Shown: positions 26,879 through 43,379, counted from the stretch's first letter. The stretch is 64,000 nucleotides of DNA from Eledone cirrhosa (GCA_964016885.1 OZ024758.1:5766001-5830000); one strand, 5' to 3'. Numbers and translations: made by a program. Notes: generated from the letters alone by a model not told the origin.

Positions 26879-26932
<54 letters not shown>

Positions 26933-27293
26933 GTTAGTTCTTTCGTTACTTTGGTATTGTATGGTTGGGTTTTGCCAACCGCAATGTTCAATTTGTCAAG
27001 CTATTTAAACGTATGTTATTACTCTAAGGACCTACCCTTATTGAGTGCTTTGCTAACTCATTCCTATTGTAGGTCGACTTTGCTTGCTCACAGCCAAAGC
27101 TTCGATTTTACTAAGCTTCGATTTTACTAAGCTTCCACTTGTATTTCTTATATATATATATTAAGTATTGAATCTTCGACTTTGTATCACAAATCAGCTT
27201 TTATATGCTTGTATATATGTATATATATGCATATCTTCCGCTATACATATACAATAAACTGGTTAGGTTCTTCTTTTGGCGCGAATTCCTTTG

Positions 27294-27359
<66 letters not shown>

Positions 27360-27450
27360 TAGAAAACTCATTTTAGACATCGCAAAGATGGTTCGTCCAC
27401 AATATAATTGATTAGTTTAGACACAAATTCTCATATATATATATTTTTTT

Positions 27451-27489
<39 letters not shown>

Positions 27490-27675
27490 GGTTTGTTGGT
27501 TCACCACTGGATAGAACTGGTCATTCCGTATGGTCAACCTCGATGTAATATTATGGAGAGCACTCGACGTAATGCAACTCACCCGTCTTCGTTTGTGTTG
27601 GTGATGCGAGTACGGAGTTAATTATTATAAAATAACAGTCAGGCCTCCTGTTATTTTCTAATATTATATATACAT

Positions 27676-27722
<47 letters not shown>

Positions 27723-28288
27723 CACACACTCATATATACATATAATATATATATGAGTGTGTGTGTATGCGTGTATGTATGTGTATGTGAGTCTAAACGT
27801 GTGAATTTATTAAAATAAAAAGGAAATAAAGAAAACTATTTTCTTTTGTGGGTTTTTGGAAATGAATTATTTAAAATCAAGATATTAAATTCTACAAACA
27901 AAACATCCAAAGATGATACAACATAGTAAGAAATGTGTGTAGCTATCAAATATCACAGGCTAAACTTTATGGTTAATCTAACAATTAGACTCATAACATA
28001 TGGAAGAAAAACCCTCACAAAGATCTCTTTAATATAAGCAGGCTAGTGGAAATTTCCAGTCTAACTGGATTATATATTCTAAACGTAATACGCAGCAAAT
28101 TTCGAAGACGCTTTATTATGTGTTGTATTTCATGACAGGACTGAGGTTCCTGTCATTAAAACACATAGAACCTCCTATACATTCTCGTATGAGACGAGAT
28201 AAATTTGCATAAGTGTGAATTGTAAATTTCTTTCATTCTTTTTTTTTTATTTTTTTTTTAATTTTTATTTTTTCATTAATGGAGGAAT

Positions 28289-28665
28289 AAATAATAGTTT
28301 CAGATTTAAGCACAAGGCCAACAATTTTAGGGGAGGGGAAATTCGATTAAATCGACCCCAGTGCATGACTGGTATTTTATTTTATCGTAAGGATGAAAGG
28401 CAAAGCTAATCTCGGTGGGATTTGAACTCAGAACGCAAAGGGACGTAACTCTATGCTGAAAAGCATATTGTCCGACGCTCTACCGATTCTGCCAATCCAC
28501 CGCCCTCGTGGGGGAATGAATAATGGTTTCTTATATAGGCACAAGGCCAGCAATTTTGAGGGAGGGGAAAGTTGATTTAATCGATCCCAGTGTGTGACTG
28601 GTACTTTATTTTATCGACCCCGTAAGGATGAAAGGCAAAGTTAACCTCGGCGGGATTTGAACTCA
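28289..28665 (-). mobile_element. two tandem main SINE copies
   Basis: 28289-28507 full, 28519-28665 truncated. Confidence 0.88.
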
Positions 28666-30479
28666 TCATAAGGAATTGAACCCCAACTTGGAGATATGGG
28701 GTTTAATTTCTCATAACGGCCGATAACTACTTCGTTTTCCGTCTTTTAAAAGTATTCACACTATTTTCTAAGTTACTTTCATAACATCTCTCTGCGCATG
28801 AGCGCACCATCTTTTATATCGACACTATCTGCAACTTTAAGAAAAAAAAAGGCGTATGAGTGAATTTACTGTGTCGCCAAGGTAGAGGAATTACAGATGA
28901 GGAAATCTGTTTTGATTGTAGTTTTAGTTAATTTACTTCACTTACACTGCAAATGTCATTGACGCAAGTACGAACATTATACAACGTCAGTCTTCGCCTT
29001 ACAAATTACACTATATCAATTGCTTCTTATAAATTACTAATCTTATATGTAAGTAATAAACTATTTCAAACGAAATAATATATTAAAAAAATGGGCTCAA
29101 CTAAAGCAGCTGTATACTCTTTATATCTGCTTACTCAGATATGAAATGGAGTCGAGTGTAATTGTGGTTGTATTGTTTTTCAGCGTTTTATTTTCTCTTT
29201 TATGTTGAAGTCGAATAACAGAGCCACAACTCATCACTTTTGGTTTTCAAGCGCGTGTGTGTGTGTGTGTGTGTATGCATATGTATGTATATAGGTATGT
29301 ATATATGTGTGTATGTATGTATGTATTGTGCATGTGTGTGTATATATGTATGTATGTAGGTAAGTATATATGTGTGTATGTATTATGTATGTATGTAAGT
29401 ATATATGTATGTATATATGTATGTATGTATATATGTATGTATGTAAATTTATATGTATGTTGGTATATACATATGTGTATGTATTTATATGTGTATGTAG
29501 GTAAGTATATATGCGTATGTATTTATGTATTTAGGTGTGTATGTATGTAAGTAGGTAGGTATGTAGGTAAGTATATATGTGTATGTATTTATACATTTAT
29601 GTATGTATGTATATATATATTTATGTATGTTTGTGTTTATGTAGGTATGTAGGTAAGTATATATGTGTATGTATTTATACATTTATGTATGGTTGTATGT
29701 ATATATTTATGTATGTTTGTATGTATGTAGGTAAGTATATATGTCTATGTATTTATACATGTATGTATGTATGTATGTATGTATGTATGTATGTATGTAT
29801 GTATGTATGTATGTATGTATGTATGTATGTATGTATGTAGGTAGGTAAGTCTATATGATTGTATGTATGTGTATGATCTCATGAATGACGGAAACTAGTC
29901 GTAATTTAATAATTTAAAATACCATCTAGCAATCTTCCTCATCACGTGTTCTGTTCTCCCAGTCTATTGTGTCGTAAAGCCAGATGTCCACTTAATTGTT
30001 GACGGCTTTTTACAAACGTCAGGCATATTTGGCTACATGTTCACATATCACACATGTAGTCACACATATCACATGTACACACACATGTACACATATCACA
30101 CACACACACATCACACATGTCCCACATGCTCAGGCATTATACATGCACTGCACACATACACGTGCACACTTATCATTAATCTGATAAAACATACCTACAT
30201 ACATACGTACATACATACATACGTACATATATACATACGTACAAACATATAGACATTCACACACATACATACATACATACCAACAAACACACACACAGTC
30301 ACATACATAAACAAGACCACATAACGCGCACACACACAGACACAAACTCATACATACATACAGGCACATAGTACCCCCCCCCCCCAGACACACACACACA
30401 GACACAAACTCACACGTAGTTAATATAAAAATGCAGTGCTTCTGTTTGTGTGTGTGTAAGAAAGAGTGTGTAAGAGTGT

Positions 30480-30556
<77 letters not shown>

Positions 30557-30631
30557 TGCAAGTGTTTATATGTATGTGTGTATGCATGTTTCATACACAA
30601 ACACCCTGATAGAGTACACCAATGATCTAAA

Positions 30632-30814
30632 GACTGTGATATCTAGCAGGTCAACCACGTAAATGCCTCCCACATTTGACTGTGATATCTAGCAGGTCAA
30701 CCAGGTAAACGCCTCCCACATTTGACTGTGATATCTAGCAGGTCAACCACGTAAACACCTCCCACATTTGACTGTGATATCTAGCAGGTCAACCACGTAA
30801 ATGCCTCCCACATT
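30632..30814. repeat. 46-bp tandem repeat, 4 copies
   Basis: GACTGTGATATCTAGCAGGTCAACCACGTAAATGCCTCCCACATTT. Confidence 0.95.
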
Positions 30815-30980
30815 GGCTCGTTGTCTTTAGTTCTTCCTATTGCATGTGTTTCATGTGGTTAAAGTTAAAATTAAGATACAAAAGACTTAATGAGGCAGAA
30901 AAACCTCGTTGAAGTTTAACGAGGGTGTCTGGAATGGTGATGAAGAGTCTGCAATGGTGATGATCTCTCGTTCTCACTGT

Positions 30981-31039
<59 letters not shown>

Positions 31040-31179
31040 TATATGTATGACCATGTGTGCACAAAGATGATTTGCCACACAGATTGATCACACCACACAT
31101 GTGTTGGCGCTTTAAGTGAGTGTGTAAGTGTAATCTATTACATATGTATATCATGTGTGTGTATGACACACACATACAT

Positions 31180-31212
<33 letters not shown>

Positions 31213-31257
31213 CATATACATCTATATATATATATATTATATGTGTGTGTGTGTATG

Positions 31258-31301
<44 letters not shown>

Positions 31302-31313
31302 TGTATTTAGTAA

Positions 31314-31359
<46 letters not shown>

Positions 31360-31387
31360 TGTGCATGTATGTTTTGTTTATATATAT

Positions 31388-31475
<88 letters not shown>

Positions 31476-31615
31476 GCGTGTATTTAGCATGTTTTTATTT
31501 ATATATGCATGTATATAGGCGTATATGTACGTTTGTTTATGTATATATGTATGTATATATGTATGTATTTATGCATGTATATATGTTTATATATGTATGC
31601 ATGTAGATATGTATG

Positions 31616-31651
<36 letters not shown>

Positions 31652-31877
31652 TGCAAACAAGCCTGCATCAGTGTATATATATATACAATGTATGTATATC
31701 TCTCTCATATCTGTTTGAAATATAACCATGGTGACAGTTGAAGCGCTCCGTGGCAGTTCCAAAAGACTGAAGTGTTTATAATGTATTACATGCAGTTTAA
31801 AGAATCCCATTAAATAGTCATTATCTCACAAATGAAAGGACACACAAGATATTGGTACACACGTGTGTCTGTGTATG

Positions 31878-31915
<38 letters not shown>

Positions 31916-31940
31916 TGTATATATGCATGTATATATATGC

Positions 31941-31977
<37 letters not shown>

Positions 31978-32202
31978 TGCGTGTATATATGCATGTATAT
32001 ATATGCATGTATATATACATATACATATATATGCATGTATATATATATACATGTATATATATATATATGCATGTATATATATATATACACACATATACAT
32101 ATATATCAACACACACACACACATATATATATCAATATATATATATGTATGTATATTCCAGAGTAAACGGAATTTAGTGAAAAATACATGCATATTTGTG
32201 TT

Positions 32203-32312
<110 letters not shown>

Positions 32313-33488
32313 TGTGTGTGTGTAAAATGCGTGTGTCTTTCACCAAATTCCGTTACCCTGGAGATTAACAACATATTCTTTATTTTTCTCTTTTCATGTT
32401 AAAATATAATACAGAATCCTGTCTTCTCTGAAAAGGGGACAAGACTTTTGAACGTTACATCCCCAGAATTACTAGTAAAGATGACCCATCTAAATAGTAC
32501 TTTAAATCTTACATAAACTGGTTTAGTTGTTTCACCCTTCAACATGTTGTACCTCTCTTCTATCTAGTCTAACTCAACACACTAATCTCTCCTCCTCCTC
32601 TTGGTATATCTACTATGTATTATCCATGTAGCCATGTCCCACTTTCCCAGTTCTATCATTAACTCCCTCGTATCCTTTGTATACTGTAGGAGGGTCCTGG
32701 GAGCAAAGTGCTCAAGTATCCTTTCTAGTGGGTCATGCCAGAAGTATTGATTTGGCTGGAACCCCAAGCAAACCCAGCTGTAAATATGGTTGTTATTCAC
32801 CCTTCAAATATCTTGTCTCTAGTTATACCCCACTCACACACACTACCATCATCAACCTACAACAGGGTCCAGTTGATCAAATATCGCAAAGTATCTCGTC
32901 TGACTCTTTAACAATTCCGCCAATCCCCCCCCCCCCCCCCCCCCCCACATCTCACCCTGGAAAAGTTCTTAATTTATCGACCTCGAAAGGACGGAAAAAT
33001 CAAAGTTGACTAAAGAAGCAAATTTGACCAAAGTTGACGTCAGTGAGTGCAAAGAATCAGAACAAATACTGACATTCTAACAATTCTCTTAATTAACCAG
33101 TATTAATTAATTAAAACATTCCAAATAGAAAAGATATTTACTTCTTGTGAAAAGAATTACCATGCTCCATGTAACATTAATAAATTGAAAAAGCAGATAC
33201 TCTACAGAATAGTTGTTAGGACAAAGCTCTCACAAATATGGATTTGTTTATTCATAAAACACAAAGCACACGTGACAACACAAAACACACGTGACAAGTG
33301 CATAAAATATTTGCGCGATTTAATCATAGAATTTGTATTTTAGCCAAAAGCAAAACGAAAATTGTACAATGGATACAGAGAATGTGTATATAAGTAGGTG
33401 AAACTGGGATTAATGGGAATTGAAACTGGGGCCATGGGAATTGAAGTCAGGATCAAGGTCTGAAGAACTGCAGTATTTGGATTGAGTA

Positions 33489-33574
<86 letters not shown>

Positions 33575-34121
33575 CTTCTTTTCCCATCAGCCAGAGAGTC
33601 TGGAGATTTTTTACTGCGAATATGTTAACATAATTTTACATGTTCTTCTAATATGAAGGCAGTTCCAAGCAGGTGCTGAAGTGATATGTGTGAGCTGGCA
33701 AGACATTACGACTTGTCTTTACCACTTAGAAGGTCGAGAGTCAGTCTAAGGGACATAAAAAAACCTGGATGAGAAACAGAAGATGTAACAAAGCAACCAT
33801 TCTTTACTTGACAGCACAGATATGTAAGATGCTGTCAAATATATCAGTAACATTTTAAAATAAATTAAACTAAACACATGTTTTTATTGTCATGTAATAT
33901 TTTATTCAATCATCAGCACTTTCATATTTTTTCTCTTGAAACTGTTTTTCTAAGAAACACATCACCATTTTTAATTTTGTCGAAAACTTCTAAGCAGCTA
34001 AATGAAATGGTTATTTTAAACATCAGAAGATACTGACTTCTACCCTATGGACCCTCTCATCTGACTACATAGATATATATGAATAGTGCCTGCTATATGA
34101 CAGCTAAATTTCGGTTTATAC

Positions 34122-34184
<63 letters not shown>

Positions 34185-34344
34185 GTTCCCATAACTTGTA
34201 GGGGCGCCTTATTGACATACGGCGTTTCTTGGGCATTTTAAGCCTGAAGGAGCGCATCTCCTCTCCAGGTCTGAGTACAGCAGATTTCTTCCAGAGAAAG
34301 ATAGAAAGTGAGAGAGAGGAAATTAGAAAGAGATATAGAGTAAG

Positions 34345-34820
34345 ATTCGACCCCAGTACTAGACTGGTACTTTCTTTTTATCGACGTCGAAAGGATGAAC
34401 GGCAAAGTTGACCTCGGCGGGATTTGAACTCAGAGCGCAGAGAGCTGGATCGAATGCCATAAAGCAGCCTACCTGACGTTCTAGCGACTCTGCCATTCTA
34501 CCTGACGTTCTAGCCACTCTGCCAGTCTATCTGACGTTCTAGCCACTCTGCCATTCTATCTGACGTTCTAGCCACTCTGCCATTCTATCTGACGTTCTAG
34601 CCACTCTGCCATTCTATCTGACGTTCTAGCCACTGCCAGTCTATCTGACGTTCTAGCCACTCTGCCATTCTATCTGACGTTCTAGCCACTCTGCCAGTCT
34701 ATCTGACGTTCTAGCGACTCTGCCATTCTATCTGACGTTCTAGCGACTCTGCCATTCTACCTGACGTTCTAACGACTCTGCCATTCTATCTGACGTTCTA
34801 ACGACTCTGCCAATGCGCCG
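34345..34820 (-). mobile_element. SINE with head amplified as a 29-bp tandem array, about 12 copies (34473-34813)
   Basis: SINE body 34345-34470, then CTGACGTTCTAGCCACTCTGCCATTCTAT units (reverse of A-box region). Confidence 0.88.
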
Positions 34821-35554
34821 TATAAGCACACATAATGTGAATAGGTTCTCAACACAGATGCATGCGACATAGGGCTTCAAACATCAGCCAACATATGACA
34901 TAGATATTCTGTCCTATGTTGGACACGCTCAGGAACCAAACCAAGTATTTCCATGTCACAGCGCATGCATACATACATACAAGCATACATACATGCATAC
35001 AAGCATACATACATACATACAGGCTGCCAACTCGTTTTCGAGTACGGCCACTACTTTATATCCATGTAGGAGAACCCCTACCGATGCGCTGTACGAGTGT
35101 GACTTTTTAGTCCAGCCAGCGACTTGAAAACTCTGGTACAAACACTACACTTGTGACAATTATTGACACATAGTGCTGGGCCCATGGTACCATGTGACGA
35201 CAAGTGCAGGGAGATCTCCAGATACAAAGCAATGCCTGTGCCGTGAAGCTTTTATAGTGAGCAAAGGCACTGCACAAAGCCAGTCCCACTCTCTTAACCA
35301 AGATGATATTTACCAAAAAGAAGAACAAGGTCAACACCATTGGATACCATCAGGGTTGCAGGTGTTATATCAGAGTTTTCCTTCTCCTAGAATTTGGCCT
35401 TGACAAAGGCTAAGGGGTCATCTCTCCCGGTGAATTTGGATGGCCATTGACTCTTAAGAGCTCCTTTGCCCTTTGACAGGTTTTGTTTTTAGTCCTGCAG
35501 GATGTCCAAAGTCACCCTCCTCACCAAGAAACAAACATACATACATACAATGTT

Positions 35555-35700
35555 GATTGCTACTTCTTGTAAGAAGAGTACCATCCCTTCATTGAACATT
35601 GCACGGTCATGAGCACTTAGGTGACTTTTCAGACCAGTTTTTGTTTTGTAAACACGTTCACAGATGTGACACTGGAGCTGTCTGTCACCTGACATTCTCG
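35555..35700 (-). mobile_element. LINE 3' end encoding terminal C2H2-type finger
   Basis: CHICERVYKTKTGLKSHLSAH, single finger without TGEKP linker, followed by short UTR and (TATG)n; typical of RTE-type ORF termini. Confidence 0.55.
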
Positions 35701-36142
35701 TGATCAGGCACCAGACAGAGTATTTCCATATTACCACCCATAACACACACACACAAGTACATACAAACATACATACATGCACACATACATACACGCATGT
35801 ACACATACATTCATATATACATACATACATCCATACACTTACACAAACATTCATACATACATATATACACGCATGCACATATACACAGATGTATACATAC
35901 ACACATACAATACAATTCATACATATTCACATACATCTATTGTACACGCCTTAATATGGACTTTTAAACATGTAACTAACTGAATATCGAATTAAATGTT
36001 TCCATAGAAATAATTAATTAAGTGCTTTGCTGTCTCAAGCATAACGTAAACGTTTTCTCGGGTCAGTTGTCAAAATTATTCAACAGTTTTATGTCAAATG
36101 TACTCCAGCATACATTCAAGAGAAATATGTGACACTCTAGAG

Positions 36143-36463
36143 CAAGCATGGACAACCTTTTTCGAGAAACGGGCCGCATGAGATATGGCTCATCATGAGA
36201 CGGGCCGCATGAGATATGGTTCATCATGAGGCGGGCCGCAAGCACTAATTTACATTCGTGCCCACATTAAAAAAAAGGGCTGTCACTCAGGTTGTTTTGA
36301 TTTGTTTCTTCAGAATTCCTACTCGTTGTTTTCCTCAATTGTAAAAATGATAGAAAGATAAATTACGACAGAAAAGTTGGCGTAAAAAATCAGAAAGATT
36401 TCACTTAAGTGACTTAGGCGAGCCATTCAGAAAGCTTCGTGGGCCGCAGGTTGCCCATAACTG
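36143..36463. mobile_element. hAT (Charlie-like) MITE
   Basis: TIRs CAAGCATGGACAACCT / AGGTTGCCCATAACTG; 8-bp TSD CTCTAGAG / CTCGAGAG; GGGCCGCA subterminal repeats. Confidence 0.8.
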
Positions 36464-36479
36464 CTCGAGAGATTAAATG

Positions 36480-36790
36480 ACATGCCAAGACTTTCTACAG
36501 TCGTAGATTCTTTTCCTCTGCCAGACTTTGAACCACACTCTCATCCCATTGTATTCCTCTTTCTGATGACCTGATCTCTTTCAAGTCTAAACTAAATTCA
36601 TTCTTTTCGTCTTCATTTCTCCTTCATGATCCCTTACATTAAGTGGCTTCACGCCTTATTTGGGACTTTCCTCCTTCTTACGACATGAAGTCTTTCAAGT
36701 CTAAAGTAAATTCATTCCTTTCGTCTTAAGTCTCTTTCTTCATAGTACTCTAAGTGGCTGCATGCCTTGTTTGGGACGTTCATAAGAAAA
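36480..36790 (+). mobile_element. CR1-type LINE 3' end with partial duplication
   Basis: FSSARL*TTLSSHCIPLSDDLISFKSKLN (cf. FFxRTxRLWNxLP...DLxSFKS); 3' segment repeated at 36690-36780. Confidence 0.65.
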
Positions 36791-37458
36791 CAAAACGTCT
36801 ATTTCAGATTGTATATTTAACCTTTTATCTGTAATATATTTCCGGCAAAGACCTATAAAGCGAAAGGTGAAATTTTCATTCGAATTTAGTACAGTAACAA
36901 CAAGGCAAGCTCTGTCATTTAATTTATTTATATATGTGTTGACAATCCGCATAAAACTTATGGTGGGGCGAGTCAGATAAAATATACACGAGAAATATTA
37001 TATAATACACCATAGAGAAAATGTGTTAATTTAATCAATGTATATTTAAAATATGATTTTAACCTTGAGACAGGATAATTGTAAAGTTTTAAAATCCTTC
37101 GGGTGATCACAGTTTTAACTTTGTCGTAACTGTATCGAAGTTCAACAGTATCTAACAATCAATCAGACTGTAATATAAATGTTTAAATAATTGTCGAAAT
37201 TACAACTCCATTTGATGTGATATTTAGACATAAATACTATCGAAAATGTTCAGGTCATGTGACCTTGCCAATATTAAAATGGAGGAAACTGAAATACATA
37301 AAGAAAGCTTGGTGTAGCCAGGATTTCTCTGTGGTATTATTTTAACATTAAAATTCCAACACATCTATAAAGAGATTATACAACACAAAACACACACACA
37401 CACACACACCCCATCACACACACACACACACACACCATCACACACACACACACACCAT

Positions 37459-37565
<107 letters not shown>

Positions 37566-38025
37566 ATATCAATAGTAATATCTGTAATTTTCATGTACAA
37601 ATAAAGAAGGGGATACCCAATACTTTGTAAAGTATAAAAATATTTCAAGTTGAATGAATCAAAGATATATTCTTTCTGTCTTAAGTTATCGGTTTTCATG
37701 GATTAGCAAGTAAGTAACGTGAAGCTTCTTAATGCGATATATATATACACACACACACTATATACACACACATATATATATATATATATATACGCATACA
37801 ACTATATATATATCCAAGTATATACATACATATACATATATCATTCAGTGCATATATATATATATATATATATATTCAGGTATATACATACATATACACG
37901 CGCACACACACACACATATATATATATTGGTGTGTGTGTATACTAACATAAATACCACGCTCCGTGTGGTTTTCAACATTTGTATGTTTCATTACACGCA
38001 TAAATAGAAATACCACTGTAATAAC

Positions 38026-38079
<54 letters not shown>

Positions 38080-38395
38080 TGCGGTGCGTAAATAAATGTG
38101 TGCACGAAGCCTGAAAATCGCAATTTTCGGTATATTACGTATATAAATATATATATTTTCCCATATATGTAAAATATGTAAAATATATTCTTCATACATA
38201 ACCTATACTGATATCCTGTAATAAAGAAACCTTTACACAAACAGACACACACACACATATACTCATACACACACACATACATAAACTATAAATATGCGTA
38301 TGAAAATATTTGTTGCTTATACTACATAGTTATCCATAGATATATTATACTAAATATGCATGGGAAGCAAATATCCAGATATAACCATGTATAAA

Positions 38396-38587
38396 TAATA
38401 TTTGTTTCTACTTTAGGCACAAGGCCAGCAATTACCCAGTTCATTACTGGTACTTTATTTTATCGACCCCGTAAGGATGAAAGGCAAAGTCAACCTCGGC
38501 GGGATTTGAACTCAGATTGTAAAGGGACGTAACTATGCTGGAAAGCATGGCGTCCGACCCTCTACCGATACTGCCAATCCACCGCCT
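38396..38587 (-). mobile_element. main SINE
   Basis: Full-length match. Confidence 0.92.
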
Positions 38588-38851
38588 AATATTGCTGGGA
38601 TCACAGCAAAGACATCATTTTTTGTCCGTTCCCTTACTTCTAGGACTGCCTTGGTAGGGTAACCTTTGACTCAATGTTGCTGTCTAATGAGATCATCTGC
38701 AAACTCATCAGTCGTACTATTATATTCCCTCCTGTTGTATTGTATATCTACGCCATTTTTTTATTTTTAAAATGGTGTAGACATTACAATACAACAGGAG
38801 CAAACATAATAGTACCACTGATGATGTTGCAGATGTGTAACGAAAGAACTT

Positions 38852-38971
<120 letters not shown>

Positions 38972-39144
38972 TTTTAACCGCTGGCCAATCAATGATAAAC
39001 ATTGATTACCAAATAAATAAACTATGGAGATATAAAAGATACAGAAGCGAACCCCAACCAAACAGTGAGTGTGTTCTGTTATTATTTGTGGCAATATTAC
39101 AACAATATGACCCTCCCGAGTATAACCCCCCCCCTCTCTATCTA

Positions 39145-39178
<34 letters not shown>

Positions 39179-39483
39179 CGTTCATTATCCAGAACAAAAT
39201 AAATCCACTGAAATCTATCGTCTTTTAATCTCGATAAGAGCAGTTTACATTGCAGAGAAATAAATAAATATATACACTTACACACACACACACACACACA
39301 CGTCTGAATACATACACATATATACGTCTGACTACCTACACACACACAGGTCTGAATACATAAATACACACGTCTGAATGGATACAAACACCACACACAC
39401 ACACATATATATATATACACACACAAAAGCAGATAATATAATCGCATATACATCCATTCATTATATATCTTTATACACACTCC

Positions 39484-39604
<121 letters not shown>

Positions 39605-39619
39605 TTATATATATATATA

Positions 39620-39663
<44 letters not shown>

Positions 39664-39684
39664 CATATATTTACATTTATATAT

Positions 39685-39715
<31 letters not shown>

Positions 39716-40055
39716 CATATATGTAAACATATATATATGTATACATACAAGCAGACTATATATTCACATATATTTACTTCTGTTCATTATATTCATACAT
39801 AAAATATGAATAAAGTGTCAGAAAGTCATTCATCTACATTATCCATTCAAACACAATGTTCTAGATAGAAATTCAGTTCATTCGGAACCAAAAGCGTATT
39901 TTCCCAGACTCAAAAGTCATTGTAAAATTGTTGTTAGGTGACCTAGTACATAATCTTGACTCACTCAATGAAATACTGAGATAAAAAGCGAAGCAGATCT
40001 TGTTCTGAACAGAGGTATGTTTGTATTACTATGAAAGACTTCTTGCACAATAAAG

Positions 40056-40390
40056 ACACGCATACATACTGAAGTACATATACAGATGTGTAGACAAATA
40101 TATACACGCATACATACTGAAGTACATATACAGATGTGTAGACAAATATATACACGCATACATACTGAAGTACATATACAGATGTGTAGACAAATATACA
40201 CGCATATATACTGAAGTACATATACAGATGTGTAGACAAATATATACAGGCATACATACTGAAGTATATATACAGATGTGTAGAAAAATATATACACGCA
40301 TACATACTGAAGTATATATAGATGTGTAGACAAATATATACACGCATACATACTGAAGTATATATAGATGTGTAGACAAATATACACACA
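40056..40390. repeat. 48-bp minisatellite, about 7 copies
   Basis: ACACGCATACATACTGAAGTACATATACAGATGTGTAGACAAATATAT. Confidence 0.93.
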
Positions 40391-40425
40391 TATATAAGCA
40401 TATATATATACACACACACATACAC

Positions 40426-40468
<43 letters not shown>

Positions 40469-40702
40469 CACACACACATATATATATACACACACACACA
40501 CATATATATATACACACACACACACACATATATATATACACACACACACTCACACATACATATATATATATACACTCACATGTGCAAGAATGTATGAATA
40601 TACATGTACAGATGTGTGGATTACTAGTTTCAAACTCTGTAATTATGGGAATTACGTAACAACCTTTCTCTCTCCACTCTCCCTAACACCCCCCTCTATC
40701 TT

Positions 40703-40747
<45 letters not shown>

Positions 40748-40858
40748 AGTATATCTACCAACATATGCGTACAGATGTACACTAATGCTAGCAAATATAT
40801 AAGTTATGTCAAAGTACCTAGGTGGTTCTATGCAGGGGGATGCAGAACAATTATATGA

Positions 40859-41352
<494 letters not shown>

Positions 41353-41423
41353 CATTCTATGTGTCAGTGTCGCTGTGTTTGTCTGAGTCTGTGTATCTCT
41401 CTCTCTCTGTACGTGTGTGATAT

Positions 41424-41497
<74 letters not shown>

Positions 41498-41609
41498 TAT
41501 ATCAGAAAACCACTAAAGCCACAACATTACAGACTGGAAATAAATAAATGAAAACAAAAGCAAAATAGAAACAATAAAATAATAAAAAATATCTTTTCAA
41601 TATTACGGT

Positions 41610-41810
41610 TTCAAAAGGCTGAGATGTTCATTGACTGACTATGAAGGAGTGATGCTAGAGCTGTGAAATATTGCATGCATTAATTTCAACTCTTTTTATT
41701 AACAACTTCATAGTTTCTTTCCATGGACTATGTTGAAAAATAAAACTCATTTTGTCATTCCATGAGAGTATCATGGTCAGTTTATGAACTTTTTAGCCGT
41801 CCGTCGTATA
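41610..41810. mobile_element. mariner-like MITE (family of 18141-18589)
   Basis: Shares CTGACTATGAAG...TGTTGAAAAATAAA..CATTCCATGAGAGTATC..TATGAACTTT. Confidence 0.75.
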
Positions 41811-42584
41811 TCAGGATAAAAAAAACACCTGAAGTTCCAATGGACTCCATGGATATATAGGATTGTTGACTTTTCCGTTATACACAGATTACTAATGTTA
41901 TATTAGCCACTTAGAAACACACACCGCTTGCTTGATGTTGATAGTTGTTATTATAAATGGGGTTTAATTTCTTGATATGAATAGCTTTCTTAATTCTCAA
42001 ATTTTGATAGAAATTGTGTTGATTGTCATTAGGTAGACGGCCGTGAGAACTGACACAGCGTGTTTGAGGAGAAGCGTGTTTAGGTCAAAGTGTTACACAT
42101 TGTATATGGTCACTAGTAGTAACTATATATACAGGGGCCTCGTTTACCTTTAAAATGTGAGGGAGACAGACCAACATTTGTTGATTCTTAAGGGAGCATA
42201 AATTACTTTCCTGGACCCTATCACATAAGTAAAATTTTACGCTAATTAAAATTTATATATTCAAATGAAGTTCAGATATAAAAAAAAAATAAGCTTAAAA
42301 AGAATTTATTATATCAAATAAACAAAAAATAAAATATAGACGTTTTAAAAAATTAGGGGGGGGGGGCTTGTCCCCTGGTATCCCCCTGAAACAAGACCCT
42401 TGGTCACTACCTACAAGGGATTCTTTAAACTGGTAAACCGATTTGAAGCACCTAACAGGAAGCAGGGTGTTTTACATTATATAATTGTGCCATAAAGTAT
42501 ATTTTGTATAATTAGAACAAGTCACATATGTATCTAAAGACAGCAACAGTTGACTGATAACATGACAAGTTGGTCAATCATATC

Positions 42585-42715
42585 GGTGGCCTCCCCACAG
42601 CCCCGGTGGACAGAATGGAGAAGGCGTTTCCCCGGGGGACGGTAAGGGAGACGCGCTGGAAAAGCCATTCAAACTCTCGAGGCTCACACCTGCGGCTGGT
42701 CAGCTCAGAACAATG
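42585..42715 (+). repeat. GC-rich dispersed repeat (homolog of 4730-4915)
   Basis: Direct alignment by eye. Confidence 0.7.
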
Positions 42716-42769
42716 TTTATCCGTCAATGCGGTGTGTGATATCGAACACGATGTACAAATATAAACAAA

Positions 42770-42827
<58 letters not shown>

Positions 42828-42954
42828 ATGTTTGTACATCTAGACGTGTATGTACATGCATCTGCCTGTGTGTTTGTGTGTGTGTGCATGTATATTTGCG
42901 TGTGTGTGTTTGTGATTTTGCATGCATGCCAGTTTAATAATTTCCTTAGTCAGA

Positions 42955-43132
42955 TAATCTGTCAGGTGTCGGACGTCATGCTTTGTAGCATAGAGTTACG
43001 GCCCTTTATAGTCTGAGTTCAAATCCAGCCGAGGTTAACTTTGCCTTTCAACCTTACGGGGTCGATAAAATAAAGTACCAGTAATACACTGGGATAATTA
43101 CTGGCCTTGTGCCAATAGTAGACACAATTATA
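42955..43132 (+). mobile_element. main SINE
   Basis: B box GAGTTCAAATCC and full body/tail. Confidence 0.9.
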
Positions 43133-43379
43133 TTCACCAAGTGTTTATTTACTACGAATGTTTATTTCAAAACAAGTTATTGGTGTCCAGTCAGAGATGT
43201 TGAGCACTACATTGTTGTATACATACACTCATATATTTAAACCATCTCAATAGGACTTCCTATACTTTACTTTCGGAAAAAGACCCTTAAACAAACGTCT
43301 TTCTAATAAATATTTGTTTGATATAAATATTATCTTCACAGCAATACTGAAAATTGTTGACAACGCATAAATCTCTAAT

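Noticed and set aside
29871-29905. Hammerhead-like TCAT-GA-ATGA..GAAAC-TAGTC-GTA
   Set aside because: Core CUGANGA and stem I are missing; too short to separate from chance
35489-35920. Host C2H2 zinc-finger gene exon
   Set aside because: Single finger with no TGEKP linker, embedded in microsatellite; better explained as a LINE ORF terminus
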